This document shows, piece by piece, positions 1-9,206 of a DNA stretch of 64,000 bases. The stretch is from Thermoplasmata archaeon (GTDB taxonomy: Archaea; Thermoplasmatota; Thermoplasmata; RBG-16-68-12; SOIM01): the NCBI GenBank assembly GCA_023140195.1, contig JAGLME010000032.1, positions 52,220 to 116,219 of the forward strand, read 5' to 3'. The notes beneath the pieces are model-generated. The model worked only from the letters and a program-made list of their open reading frames with translations. It ran no database searches and was not told the DNA's origin. Within the stretch, counting starts at the first letter, position 1, and every line of letters starts with the position of its first letter. The translations under genes were made by a program, and so were the position numbers.

Positions 1-700
1 GGGCGGAACGGGCACAGGAGGAGCCCCATACATAGCCAGCATCGCCAAGGAAGTTGGAGCTCTGACCATAGCAATCTGCACACTGCCATTCCATGCCGAA
101 GGCGCGATCCGAACTGAGAACGCCGAGTACGGCATGGACAAGTTGAGGAACTTTGCCGACACGGTCATTGTCATTCCCAACGACAAGCTTGTGGAGCTTG
201 TTCCAAGACTTTCATTGAATGCTGCTTTCAAGGTCGCCGATGAAGTGCTCATGCGAGCGATCAAAGGAGTTACTGAGATAATCACCAAACCCGGTCTGGT
301 CAATCTGGACTTCAACGACATCAAGACGGTAATGAAGGGTGGAGGCGTCGCTATGATAGGACTCGGAGAGAGCAGCGATTCTGACGTCAGGGCAGAGGAG
401 GCGATTGAAGCTGCGATCAATTCTCCGCTCGTGGATGTTGATATTTCCACTGCCTCTGGAGCGCTCGTGAACGTGACGGGTGGAACCGACATGTCCGTGG
501 GCGAAGCGGAGAAGGTCGCCGAGATACTTCAGGACAGGATAAACCCCAACTCCAGGATCATCTGGGGAGCGGTGGTGGATCCAGCCCTGGAACAGCGAAT
601 GCGTGTTCTGTTGATTGTCACCGGAGTCAAATCGAAACAGATATTCGGTCCTGCAAAACTGAAAAGAGAGGAGACTGCTGGAGTAGAAATGGTTAGCTGA
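1..700 (+). CDS. ftsZ: Cell division GTPase FtsZ, 5'-truncated at the window edge. Reading the frame from position 2 gives [17 protein letters not shown]..., the tubulin/FtsZ GTP-binding loop, ahead of the listed ORF.
   Basis: GGTGTGG signature and the conserved FtsZ C-terminal domain (VIVIPNDKL..., DFNDIKTVM) seen in translation. The ftsZ-secE-nusG-rpl11 synteny is typical of archaea. Confidence 0.9.
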   Translation, partial: GGTGTGGAPYIASIAKEVGALTIAICTLPFHAEGAIRTENAEYGMDKLRNFADTVIVIPNDKLVELVPRLSLNAAFKVADEVLMRAIKGVTEIITKPGLVNLDFNDIKTVMKGGGVAMIGLGESSDSDVRAEEAIEAAINSPLVDVDISTASGALVNVTGGTDMSVGEAEKVAEILQDRINPNSRIIWGAVVDPALEQRMRVLLIVTGVKSKQIFGPAKLKREETAGVEMVS

Positions 701-709
701 GGTCGAGAA

Positions 710-949
710 ATGGATATCGTGAAGAGGTCCTGGAGGGCCCAACGCAAGATCGAGGAAAGGGCAAAGCGCATCGGAAGGGGGAAGTACGGCCAGGTCCTTC
801 ACATGGCTAGGAAACCCGAGCCGGATGAGTACATCAAGACTCTCCAACTTGTGGGCGCAGGCCTGCTCATGATCGGATTGCTGGGTTTTGCGATATATTA
901 CATCATGGTCTTCCTGATACCTGACTTGGTCTCCAGTTTCTCACCATAG
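710..949 (+). CDS. secE: Preprotein translocase subunit SecE / Sec61-gamma
   Basis: 79 aa, basic N-terminus plus a single C-terminal TM helix. It sits between ftsZ and spt5 as in many archaea. Confidence 0.8.
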   Translation: MDIVKRSWRAQRKIEERAKRIGRGKYGQVLHMARKPEPDEYIKTLQLVGAGLLMIGLLGFAIYYIMVFLIPDLVSSFSP

Positions 950-962
950 GGGAGGTTTTTTC

Positions 963-1871
963 TTGGGAGTGTTTGAACCGGAAGAGATAGAAGAGGAAGA
1001 AGAGGAGAAGAAGGAAGAAAAGCCATCCCTCATTGGCTACGGCCTCCATGTAGAACACGATGAGCTTCAGAGGGTTCTGCCATCTGGGGCCGATACAGAT
1101 TATCACCTCAAGCTTGAGAACACCGGGGATCATGACGACACCTATGCTCTGAAACTCGACCTCATATTCGCTGAGGAGGACGAGGGTGCCATGGAATGGT
1201 CCATCAGGATATCGGGCCTGAAAGAAGGTCTCTGGGATGTCACCCTGACCGGCGAGACAGAGAAGAGTATTAGTGTGAAGAAAGGCGACTCCAAACCCAT
1301 CGCCTTGAAAGTCGTTGCTCCCAAGAATCCCCAATACGGCTCCCGGGCCAACGTCATCCTCACGGTAATGTCAACAGGGGATGCAGCTGTCTCAGAGACG
1401 ATAACCACGGTTACCTCTGTAAGACAATCGATTCTGGCCGTCAAGACCTCGATAGGACACGAGAAATCGGTCGCCAAGTCGATAGCCAGCAGGGCTAAGC
1501 GTCAGGTTTCAGGCATTTTCTCAGTCCTTTCCCCTCCCACCCTCAGAGGCTACGTCCTAGTGGAGTCCATTAACCCGGATGCGCTGGAGCGCATAGTGAA
1601 GGGGATCAGGAGGGCCAGAGGCATCGTCAAGGGTGAGACCACCTTCAAGGAGATAGATCATTTCCTCACACCTCAGCCCTTGGTCTCGGGCGTCATGGAA
1701 GGAGATATCGTGGAGCTCGTGGCCGGTCCGTTCAAAGGGGAGAAGGCGAGGGTGCAACACATCGACGAGAGCAAGGAGGAGATTACCGTTGAACTGTTCG
1801 AATCAATGGTCCCTATACCAGTTACGGTCAGGGGCGATCACGTCAGAGTGCTTGAGAAGGAGGAAGGATAG
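963..1871 (+). CDS. spt5: Transcription elongation factor Spt5 (NusG) with an unusual ~150-aa N-terminal extension. A TTG start follows a GGGGAGG Shine-Dalgarno. The canonical NGN domain begins near aa 157 ([15 protein letters not shown]...), and the KOW motif ([18 protein letters not shown]) is C-terminal.
   Basis: NGN and KOW motifs are recognisable. The GGGGAGG-N6-TTG context supports the long form. An internal Met (aa 136) is an alternative start. Confidence 0.85.
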   Translation: MGVFEPEEIEEEEEEKKEEKPSLIGYGLHVEHDELQRVLPSGADTDYHLKLENTGDHDDTYALKLDLIFAEEDEGAMEWSIRISGLKEGLWDVTLTGETEKSISVKKGDSKPIALKVVAPKNPQYGSRANVILTVMSTGDAAVSETITTVTSVRQSILAVKTSIGHEKSVAKSIASRAKRQVSGIFSVLSPPTLRGYVLVESINPDALERIVKGIRRARGIVKGETTFKEIDHFLTPQPLVSGVMEGDIVELVAGPFKGEKARVQHIDESKEEITVELFESMVPIPVTVRGDHVRVLEKEEG

Positions 1872-1873
1872 CC

Positions 1874-2356
1874 ATGGTGGAAGTTCTTGAGATGCTGGTC
1901 GACGCCGGCAAGGCGAACGCCGGACCCCCCCTGGGTCCCTCTCTAGGTCCCCTAGGACTCAATATTGGCGAGATCATCGCGTTCATCAACGAGAAGACGA
2001 AGCATTTCGAGGGAATGAAGGTCCCCATCAAGCTCACGGTGGACCCGAAGACCAAAGAGTACGACCTGGAAGTGGGAACACCACCAACCACCGCACTGAT
2101 ATTCAAGGAGCTGGGGGTCGAGAAGGGCTCTGGGAACACACCAAGTGTCAAAGCCGGAGACCTGACCATCGAGCAGGTCATGAAGATAGCCGATATGAAG
2201 ATGGACTCGATGCTTGGCAAGACCAAGAAGGACAGGATGATGGAGGTCATCGGTTCCTGCGTTTCGTGCGGCGTTCACATCGAGGGAAAACCGCCCAAGG
2301 AGGCCCAGGCCGAGCTGAAGGAAGGAAGGTACGACGGCATAATCCCGCCCGAGTAG
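1874..2356 (+). CDS. rpl11: 50S ribosomal protein L11 (uL11)
   Basis: Conserved uL11 N-terminal (PPLGPSLGPLGLNI) and C-terminal domains. Operon position after spt5. Confidence 0.95.
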   Translation: MVEVLEMLVDAGKANAGPPLGPSLGPLGLNIGEIIAFINEKTKHFEGMKVPIKLTVDPKTKEYDLEVGTPPTTALIFKELGVEKGSGNTPSVKAGDLTIEQVMKIADMKMDSMLGKTKKDRMMEVIGSCVSCGVHIEGKPPKEAQAELKEGRYDGIIPPE

Positions 2357-2446
2357 CGTTCCTACGTTCCAAAACTTTATAAATGGCTTATGGCATTGGT
2401 CCAACTCCCCATGTAGGAGGCTCGCGCCGTTAGCACTACAGGAGGA

Positions 2447-3091
2447 ATGGTATTGGCAGATAGCAAGACCGTTGAAACATTGAAGAAGGTCGTCGAGGAC
2501 TCCAGGAAGAGGAACTTCGAGGAGAGCGTCGACATTGCTTTTAATCTCAAAGATGTTGATCTTTCAGTCCCAAAGAACAGGGTGGAGCTTGAGGTCGTCC
2601 TCCCCAAGGGCAGGGGAAGAGACGTGAAGGTCGCGGTCTTCGGTAGTGCAGAACTGGCGTTGAAGGCCAAGAAGGTCGCCGATCTCGTCATACAACCAGA
2701 AGAGCTGGAGGATCTTGCAGACGACAAGAGGCAGGCCAGGAAGATTGCCGATTCATACAGTTTCTTCATTGCCGAAGCTCCATTGATGCCGGTCATCGGA
2801 AAGAGGCTCGGCATCGTGTTAGCACCAAGGGGAAAGATGCCCCGGCCGATTTCACCTGGTGCAGATCCCGGACCGATCGTCACGGGTCTCAGGAACACGG
2901 TGAGGATAAGGAGCAGGGACAAGAGGACATTCCACGCGCCAGTTGGAGTCAAGAGCATGAGCGTGGACGACCTCGCTGAGAACGTGGACGAAGTTGTCAA
3001 GAGGGTAGTCGGTGCGCTGGACAGGGGAAAGATGAACCTGGCGTCGGTGCACATCAAGACGACGATGGGCCCCTCGATTAGGCTTATGTGA
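2447..3091 (+). CDS. rpl1: 50S ribosomal protein L1 (uL1)
   Basis: 214 aa with typical uL1 sequence (FNLKDVDLSVPKNR..., RLGIVLAPRGKMP). L11-L1-L10-L12 order. Confidence 0.95.
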   Translation: MVLADSKTVETLKKVVEDSRKRNFEESVDIAFNLKDVDLSVPKNRVELEVVLPKGRGRDVKVAVFGSAELALKAKKVADLVIQPEELEDLADDKRQARKIADSYSFFIAEAPLMPVIGKRLGIVLAPRGKMPRPISPGADPGPIVTGLRNTVRIRSRDKRTFHAPVGVKSMSVDDLAENVDEVVKRVVGALDRGKMNLASVHIKTTMGPSIRLM

Positions 3092-3100
3092 GGTGTCTGA

Positions 3101-4114
3101 ATGAGAGAAGTATCCCCGAAGAAAGTGGAAATGGTCGCTGCTCTTGTAGACGCCTTTGTGAACAGCCCTGTGATCGGTGTTGCCAGGGTGGAGGGCATTC
3201 CCGCCCCCCAGATGCAGCAGATGAGAGCTGGATTGAGGGGAAAGGTCGGACTGGTCGTCTCAAAGAACAGGTTCATCAACATGGCTCTCGTGGAAGCCTC
3301 CTCAAAGAAGAAGGGCCTCGAGAAGCTGAGCAAAGTGGTGGATGGACAGACCGCAATGGTGTTGTCCGACATCAATCCCTTCAGACTCTTCAAGGAACTT
3401 GAATCAACAATGACAAGCGCTCCCGCGAAGGGCGGCGAGATCGCTCCCAGCGACATCATGGTGAGGGCCGGTGACACCCCATTCAAACCAGGCCCGATCG
3501 TCGGGGACCTGCAGAAGGCCGGCATCCCGGCATCGATCGAAGGAGGGAAGGTGGTCATCAAGAAGGACAAGGTCCTTGTTCGGGCGGGCGACAAGATATC
3601 CAAGGATATTGCGAACGCCCTTACGAGGCTGGAGATATATCCGTTGACCGTCGGCCTGGACCTCAAAGGAGCCTATGAGGATGGGGTTTTCTACGAACGT
3701 TCCAGCTTGGCGATTGACGATGAAGAGTATCTGCACAACATCCAGGAAGCTGCGAGACAATCGCTGAACCTGGCGGTCTTTATCGCATATCCCAGCCCCA
3801 TAACGATCCCGATACTTCTATCAAAAGCGTCCAGGGAAGCGTTCAGCCTGGCGATCAACTCCGGGTTCCCGACAAAGGAGACTATGGAGTTCATGTTGCT
3901 GAAGGCAAATGCGGAGATGCTGTCATTGGCCTCCGCCGTCCCTGATGCCTTGGACGACGAGCTGAAGGAGAGATTGTCCGTGTCGCCGCCACCGGAGAAG
4001 GGGCCGGAGGAAGAGGAGAAGGCGGATGACGAGGAAGGAGAGAAGAAAGAAGATAAGAAGAAGGAAGTGAGCGAGGACGAAGCCGCTTCCGGACTAGGCC
4101 AATTATTTGGTTGA
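3101..4114 (+). CDS. rplP0: 50S ribosomal stalk protein P0 (uL10)
   Basis: uL10 N-domain plus the acidic C-terminal tail ending ...EDEAASGLGQLFG, shared with P1. Confidence 0.95.
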   Translation: MREVSPKKVEMVAALVDAFVNSPVIGVARVEGIPAPQMQQMRAGLRGKVGLVVSKNRFINMALVEASSKKKGLEKLSKVVDGQTAMVLSDINPFRLFKELESTMTSAPAKGGEIAPSDIMVRAGDTPFKPGPIVGDLQKAGIPASIEGGKVVIKKDKVLVRAGDKISKDIANALTRLEIYPLTVGLDLKGAYEDGVFYERSSLAIDDEEYLHNIQEAARQSLNLAVFIAYPSPITIPILLSKASREAFSLAINSGFPTKETMEFMLLKANAEMLSLASAVPDALDDELKERLSVSPPPEKGPEEEEKADDEEGEKKEDKKKEVSEDEAASGLGQLFG

Positions 4115-4129
4115 TAAAGAGGTGAGCAA

Positions 4130-4450
4130 ATGGAATACATATATTCCGCAATGGTTCTCCACTCGGCTGGGAAGGAGATCAGCGAGGCAAGCGTGAAGAA
4201 GGTCCTCACCGCGGCGGGAGTCAAGCCTGACGAGACCAGGATCAAGGCTCTCACTGCCGCCCTGGAAGGGGTCGATATCGAGGAAGCTCTTTCTACGCAG
4301 GTTGCACCGGTGGCATCCGCTCCCGCAGCCGCTCCGGCGACTGCCGAGCCAGAGGAGAAGAAGGAAGACGAAGACAAGAAGAAGGACAAGAAAGAGAAGA
4401 AGGCTTCCGAAGAGGAGGCCGCTGCGGGACTTGGAGCTCTCTTTGGGTGA
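4130..4450 (+). CDS. rpl12: 50S ribosomal stalk protein P1 (aL12)
   Basis: 106 aa with an Ala/Pro/Glu-rich hinge and the conserved C-terminal ...[12 protein letters not shown]. Confidence 0.9.
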   Translation: MEYIYSAMVLHSAGKEISEASVKKVLTAAGVKPDETRIKALTAALEGVDIEEALSTQVAPVASAPAAAPATAEPEEKKEDEDKKKDKKEKKASEEEAAAGLGALFG

Positions 4451-4483
4451 TCCCTGAAGAGCTCTGGTCCTCCAGCCCGTTTC

Positions 4484-4517
4484 GGGGATGAACTCAGTTT
4501 CAGAGTTCATGTCCCGG
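4484..4517 (+). terminator. Imperfect GC-rich hairpin (GGGGATGAACTC...GAGTTCATGTCCC) immediately after the ribosomal-protein operon. Possible transcript 3'-end structure.
   Basis: Inverted repeat seen in the sequence. Archaeal terminators are usually oligo-T, so the function is uncertain. Confidence 0.3.
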
Positions 4518-4690
4518 CAACCTCATCTCAAAACCCTCAGGTACACTCGAACTGCTATCCATTCTGATAATCATCCGTCGAGTTTTGTGTGGACATCTTT
4601 ATAGCCACCTGGCGACACTTCCATTGCATAATCCGTTTGTTGATTGAAGGGACGAAAGGTATCACTGCGGACTTGTAATGGAGGAAACCC

Positions 4691-5746
4691 ATGCAAGGAT
4701 CCGATAAGAAGGCAAAGGCCGAGAATAACACCGAGGACGTGCTTAAGGGTCTGGAACATCTCTTGAGCGAGCTGCCTGGCGATGACGAGAGTGGTATGAT
4801 CGACGACCCAGAAGAAGAGGTCTATCGTCCCGGCCCATGGAGGGGCCTGGACTGGGTATCAAAGGCTCAGGCGCTGAACGAGATGGAGCGGTACAGGGAG
4901 GCTATCCAGCAATGCGATGAGGCTCTCAGTATAAACCCAGGAGACTCAAAGGCCCTCTACGTCAAGGGTGAAGCTTTCAGGGGCATTGGCAACCAGAGAA
5001 AGGCCCTGGAGTGCTACACCAAGGCCGTCAGGGGGAAACCCAACGACGAAGAGATCTGGTACGCGGCAGGGATCGTTCTCAAGCAGATGGGAAAGCTCGA
5101 GGAAGCACTGGTAGCCTTGGAGAAGGCCACTGAGTTCGGAGATACGCATCACGACGCATGGTACGAGAAGGCGGTTGTCCTCAGATTGCTGGGCAGGCCC
5201 CAGGAGTCAAGGTCGTGCTTGGAGAGGGCTTTCAGGAATTATCCTCTTGGCAATGGTGATTCTGAAGACCAGAAGGGAGGACCAGAACCTCCGAGCGGTG
5301 AAACACCAGAGTCTGAAGGTACCTCATATGACGATGAAGAGGAGGAAGAAGGAATCAGCCTGGATAACCTGGACTCATTGTTGGGAGATCTCATGGTCGA
5401 ACCCGAGAAGTCGTCCGATTCCCAGGAATCGATACCCTTCGACCTCGATGATGAGAAGGTCCTTCTCAGTACTCTGAACCAATCCTTGAACATCCAGCAG
5501 ATCAGAAGCCTGGTGAAGATGCCGCTTGTCACATGCTACAAGAAGGTCAGGAAGTTGGAAGAGCTGGGGCTTCTTCGCCGGGTGAAGGTGGAAGTCGTTG
5601 GAACCGACAACAGAAAGCGGATCGGCTATTACAGAACAAATCTGAAGAAGGTCAAGCTCTACTCAAATCAGGGCCAATTGAAGCTCGGCGTGGAGTTCAT
5701 GCAGTTGATACCACAGGCCGAGGAGAAGATCGATCCCAAAGTGTGA
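4691..5746 (+). CDS. TPR-repeat protein with an acidic linker and a C-terminal winged-helix (ArsR/TrmB-like) DNA-binding domain
   Basis: At least three TPR-like helical repeats (ALYVKGEAFRGIGNQRKALECYTKAV; WYEKAVVLRLLGRPQES), a D/E-rich linker, and a C-terminal KKVRKLEELGLLRRVKV...YYRTNL wHTH. Confidence 0.7.
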   Translation: MQGSDKKAKAENNTEDVLKGLEHLLSELPGDDESGMIDDPEEEVYRPGPWRGLDWVSKAQALNEMERYREAIQQCDEALSINPGDSKALYVKGEAFRGIGNQRKALECYTKAVRGKPNDEEIWYAAGIVLKQMGKLEEALVALEKATEFGDTHHDAWYEKAVVLRLLGRPQESRSCLERAFRNYPLGNGDSEDQKGGPEPPSGETPESEGTSYDDEEEEEGISLDNLDSLLGDLMVEPEKSSDSQESIPFDLDDEKVLLSTLNQSLNIQQIRSLVKMPLVTCYKKVRKLEELGLLRRVKVEVVGTDNRKRIGYYRTNLKKVKLYSNQGQLKLGVEFMQLIPQAEEKIDPKV

Positions 5747-5889
5747 GCCCGTAACGGTTCAGGCACAATCCGATCCCGAATTCGACTGGACCTGGACATC
5801 TTTATATTCTCTTATCTATTTCACCCGTTGGTGATGAACGGACTCTTGCTGAGCCTTTCGGGGCTGTGATGAGGATCTTGAGTGCTGAC

Positions 5890-6228
5890 TCAGGCCTTTC
5901 CTGTGACTTTCTTCTTTTCCCTGTTCCTTCTCTGCTTGGCGTTGAAACCCGTGGCCCTTTCCATGAAGGCGTTGTAGTTCTGTATTGTCTTGAGAGCCGT
6001 TGCATCATCCGTGCCCGGATTCATCTCTGTATCCACGAACAGCAGCTTGCCGTCAGTCCACACTGCCAGCTTCTTGAGGGCTCCCCATGAAGCCTCGATC
6101 CTCTCATCCTTCTCTTCCGCTTCTCCAAAAACATCTATGACCAGTTCCTTGAGCTTCTCTCCTTCAATGTTCTTGAAATGGCCCCTTTTAATGTCGAACG
6201 TCTGCATCGGTCCACCACCCATTTTCAT
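5890..6228 (-). CDS. Hypothetical small protein (~113 aa) downstream of the radical-SAM gene and probably co-transcribed with it. The internal start MKMGGGP at 6228 is preferred over the long ORF start at 6327, which would overlap the upstream gene by 88 bp.
   Basis: An ORF with an 11-bp gap after the upstream stop. No recognisable domain from sequence alone. Confidence 0.5.
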   Translation of the reverse strand: MKMGGGPMQTFDIKRGHFKNIEGEKLKELVIDVFGEAEEKDERIEASWGALKKLAVWTDGKLLFVDTEMNPGTDDATALKTIQNYNAFMERATGFNAKQRRNREKKKVTGKA

Positions 6229-6239
6229 ACTGAACTCTT

Positions 6240-7256
6240 TCACCCGTAATATCGCTGAATGTCTATAGAACTTTGCGTGAATCCCTGCAGATCGAGCGTG
6301 TCCATCCATCTCTCCCTGCACCCACACTCCAGGTCCCCGAAGTCGTTCCTCTGACCGAGTGAGTACTCCGCGATTCCCTTCAGCACATCTGCGTCACACA
6401 CGGGGCAGTTGTGAGCGCCCCTCTTCTTCCCCCCGCCGGTGGGTGAGGAAATGATCCTAGGACCCAGACCCTGGCATTCCTCCATTATTCGAACAACCGA
6501 CCATAGCCACGTCGGTCTATACTCGCCTCTCCTCCAGAGTCTTTCCACCAACGTCCCCTTTTGCACGTTGACCGGGTTCAGTGAGATGACATCCGTAACT
6601 CCCTTGATCTGGTTCGCCGAATTCACTGCGTCTCTTATCGCCTCGTTCTCGGTCAGGAAGAGGGGTTTCACGAGAAGGTAGGTCTTGATCGTCGCTCCCG
6701 CCTGCTTGATCACCCCTGCAGCTTTCAGGTAGTCATCATAGGTGAATCCCTTGTTTATCGAGTGTTTGAGGACCATGTCGTTGGCAGATTCCAGACCCAG
6801 TGCCACTTGAAGTCCGGCAACCTGGGAAACACTTTCTTTCAACGACTCTTCAGTGACGTATTGTGGACGTGTCTCTACTATCACTTGCTTGAATCTCTCT
6901 GAGGCGATATCCAGAATATCCGCCCTTGTTTCCCGCGGGATCTCTCTCTCATCCAGGAAACTGCCTGATGTGAACACTTTGAGCATGGTCTGTCCATTGG
7001 ACTTCTCGACAGCTTTCCCGAACTGATGGAGTATGTTCTCTCCGTCCGCATCTGGATGGCAATCGTTGAAGTAGCCGCACATGGTGCAACCCTTCTTTCT
7101 GGCCCAAGAGCATCCTGAAGTTCTCAGTATGACCACCAAGGCATCGACGACCTCTCCGCCCAGTACGTCCTTTTCCGTCCAGCACGAGACGTATTTGTTG
7201 ACATCCCCTTTCGGAAAAACCCTCTTCTCAGGTATGCAGTCCTCCAACTTGGTCAT
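6240..7256 (-). CDS. Radical SAM protein of the TIGR01210-like family (the family that includes the archaeosine-biosynthesis enzyme RaSEA)
   Basis: N-terminal Cys cluster (TSGCSWARKKGCTMCGY) typical of this rSAM family, about 340 aa, plus a second C-terminal Cys cluster (CPVCDAD...CGC). Confidence 0.65.
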   Translation of the reverse strand: MTKLEDCIPEKRVFPKGDVNKYVSCWTEKDVLGGEVVDALVVILRTSGCSWARKKGCTMCGYFNDCHPDADGENILHQFGKAVEKSNGQTMLKVFTSGSFLDEREIPRETRADILDIASERFKQVIVETRPQYVTEESLKESVSQVAGLQVALGLESANDMVLKHSINKGFTYDDYLKAAGVIKQAGATIKTYLLVKPLFLTENEAIRDAVNSANQIKGVTDVISLNPVNVQKGTLVERLWRRGEYRPTWLWSVVRIMEECQGLGPRIISSPTGGGKKRGAHNCPVCDADVLKGIAEYSLGQRNDFGDLECGCRERWMDTLDLQGFTQSSIDIQRYYG

Positions 7257-7290
7257 ATCGAACAGCTCGAATCAGATGGAACGGCCGTGC

Positions 7291-8730
7291 TTACTTCCGC
7301 TGCCCCGCTCTGGGGAGCCACTTAGCCATTGAAAAGCCGTAGAAGGCGACTCCCAATCCTCCGAACAGAATTGCCAGGAACAGCAGAATGTTGAACGTAT
7401 AAGTCACGGTAGACGGCGAGGTTGATGTGTCGAGCTCCATGCCCGTTATGCCACCATCTAAGGTCACCTTGTAAGATCCACTCTCAAAGAGGGCTACCGA
7501 ATCCACCGATCCTGTGTAGACCATGAGAGTGATCAGGCCTGAAATGATGAAGAAGACGATACCCAGCAATACCAGGATGGCGCCGGCCTTCGCAGTTCCG
7601 TCTGACGGGACGACCGCGGGAGCAACGGCTGCTGGCCGTGCAGCTGCTGGTCGGGCCCTGGTTGCAGGTCTTGCGACACCCGGTTTCGCACCGGGCGGCC
7701 TCACGGCGACGGTCACCCTCTGCGGTGGGGCCTTGAGAGGTCTGTATGCTCGACAGCTCCAGCAGTAATACTGCCTGTGCTTGGGCACGTATTTCATGTC
7801 CGAACCGCATGCCGGGCATCGCTTCACCGCTGGAGGTGCTCCAGCTCTCGGCTCGACCTTCTTGACCCCCTCGTACGCCTTGCAGCTGTTACAGTACCAC
7901 CTGTTGTATTCTTTGATGTGTCTGAGAGGTCTCCCGCACGTAGAGCATGTCTTTCCAGGTCTCTTTGCGACTTCTGGAGCTTCTTTCCTGGAAATGGTCA
8001 CCGGAGCGTATGTTCCACAACTCTGGCAGTACCACCTCTCGTATTCCTTGATGTACTTGAGAGGCCTCTTGCACGTGGGGCAGGGTCTCGCTTCTTGTGC
8101 TGGGACCGCTGCCGCGGCAGGGGGAGCAGCAGGCTTGGGCTTCTCTCTGGGAGCATATGACTTGCAGCTGTGACAGTAATACCTATCATACTTCTCAATG
8201 TGTTCGAGCTCCTTCCCGCAAGTTGGGCAGGGACGCTCGATCTTCTCCTTGGGAGGTGGCGGGGCCTCTTCCTCAATGGGTGCGGCGACTTCTTCTTCAG
8301 CGACTTCCTCTTCAGGCTCTTCTTCTGGAGGCTCCTCCTCTTCAGGTGCTTCTTCCTCTTCGGTCTTCTCTTCCTCAGGAGCTTCCTCTTCCTCCTCGGG
8401 TTCTTCCTCAGGAGCTTCCTTTTCTTCCTCTTCAGGTGCTTCTTCCTCTTCGGTCTTCTCTTCCTCAGGAGCTTCCTCTTCAGGCTCTTCTTCCTCAGGA
8501 GCTTCCTCTTCTACCTCTTCCTCGGCCTCCTCTTCTTCACCCTCAATAGGCTCTTCCTCTTCTGGTTCTTCTTCAGCGGGACCTTCGCCAGATATGTAGG
8601 CGTACAACCTGTTCTGTAGATCTTTCTTGACGCCAGAAGTATCAAGGTCGCAGGTCTCACACATGTCCTTCAGTTGGGCCTTCTTAGCTTTCTGTATGTC
8701 TTCCTCCGTGATAGAAGATTCTTCGGCCAT
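7291..8730 (-). CDS. Membrane protein with four regions: an N-terminal SAP-like DNA-binding motif; a ~120-aa poly-Glu/Pro low-complexity region; four tandem C4 zinc-ribbon modules (CPxCG...YxRxYCxxCxxY); and two C-terminal TM helices
   Basis: SAP-like LKDMCETCDLDTSGVKKDLQNRLYAYI. Four ~45-aa repeats each with CxxC...CxxC. Hydrophobic helices ILVLLGIVFFIISGLITLMVY and FNILLFLAILFGGLGVAFYGF. Confidence 0.75.
   Translation of the reverse strand: MAEESSITEEDIQKAKKAQLKDMCETCDLDTSGVKKDLQNRLYAYISGEGPAEEEPEEEEPIEGEEEEAEEEVEEEAPEEEEPEEEAPEEEKTEEEEAPEEEEKEAPEEEPEEEEEAPEEEKTEEEEAPEEEEPPEEEPEEEVAEEEVAAPIEEEAPPPPKEKIERPCPTCGKELEHIEKYDRYYCHSCKSYAPREKPKPAAPPAAAAVPAQEARPCPTCKRPLKYIKEYERWYCQSCGTYAPVTISRKEAPEVAKRPGKTCSTCGRPLRHIKEYNRWYCNSCKAYEGVKKVEPRAGAPPAVKRCPACGSDMKYVPKHRQYYCWSCRAYRPLKAPPQRVTVAVRPPGAKPGVARPATRARPAAARPAAVAPAVVPSDGTAKAGAILVLLGIVFFIISGLITLMVYTGSVDSVALFESGSYKVTLDGGITGMELDTSTSPSTVTYTFNILLFLAILFGGLGVAFYGFSMAKWLPRAGQRK
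8335..8530. repeat. About 90-bp tandem direct repeat (two copies plus degenerate flanks) encoding the EEEAPEEEKTEEEEAPEEEE acidic block of the 7291..8730 protein
   Basis: The string ttcaggtgcttcttcctcttcggtcttctcttcctcaggagcttcctcttc occurs at 8341-8391 and 8431-8481. Shadow ORFs in every frame are artefacts of the low complexity. Confidence 0.65.
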
Positions 8731-8984
8731 TCAATCCGCCTCCTAAATGAAGTCCAATTCCTTGTTGAGTTAGGTCATCTTACGTGTATCTGAGGTAACT
8801 CAAGAACCGGTTGCTGCTTCTCTCCGATGGTTCAAGCGGTCATCTTGTAGCAAGATGTCCCACTGTTTCAGTCAAATAGTCTTAGCCTTATATAACGTTT
8901 AAGGTATACTTGTCTGGCCACCAGATTTCCCATATGCTTTTATATCGTTCTGGATATGGTAACGTCCGCCTCATTTGGGTCTAT

Positions 8985-9056
8985 GCCACCGTAGCTTAGC
9001 TGGTAGAGCGGCTGATTTGTAATCAGCAGGTCGGGAGTTCAAATCTCTCCGGTGGC
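8985..9056 (+). tRNA. tRNA-Thr (anticodon UGU)
   Basis: 72-nt cloverleaf with acceptor GCCACCG/CGGUGGC, D-arm GCUU...GAGC, anticodon stem GCUGA/UCAGC with loop UUUGUAA, and T-arm GGGAG-UUCAAAU-CUCUC. CCA is not encoded. Confidence 0.85.
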
Positions 9057-9206
9057 TTCCATATCTGGTTATTTTCATTCTGTCATAATTATATAATACG
9101 TTCTTTGGACTACTTCCGAAGCGAAAAGAAGTAGGGTAATCCTACGTATGCATGTAGCGGCTTCAAACAATTTCTGTGGCACTGTTAGTTTGTTGGTTGT
9201 GTCAAA

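Noticed and set aside
2377-3666. 429-aa minus-strand ORF antisense to rpl1/rplP0
   Set aside because: It lies entirely antisense to two highly conserved ribosomal protein genes. Its Ser/Thr/Leu-rich composition is typical of antisense shadow ORFs.
7777-8619. Several overlapping plus-strand ORFs (127-150 aa) with Ser/Gly-, Leu/Phe- or Pro/Leu-rich low-complexity translations
   Set aside because: They are frame-shifted or antisense shadows of the GAG/GAA-rich tandem repeat inside the minus-strand gene 7291..8730. They have no start context or domain signal.
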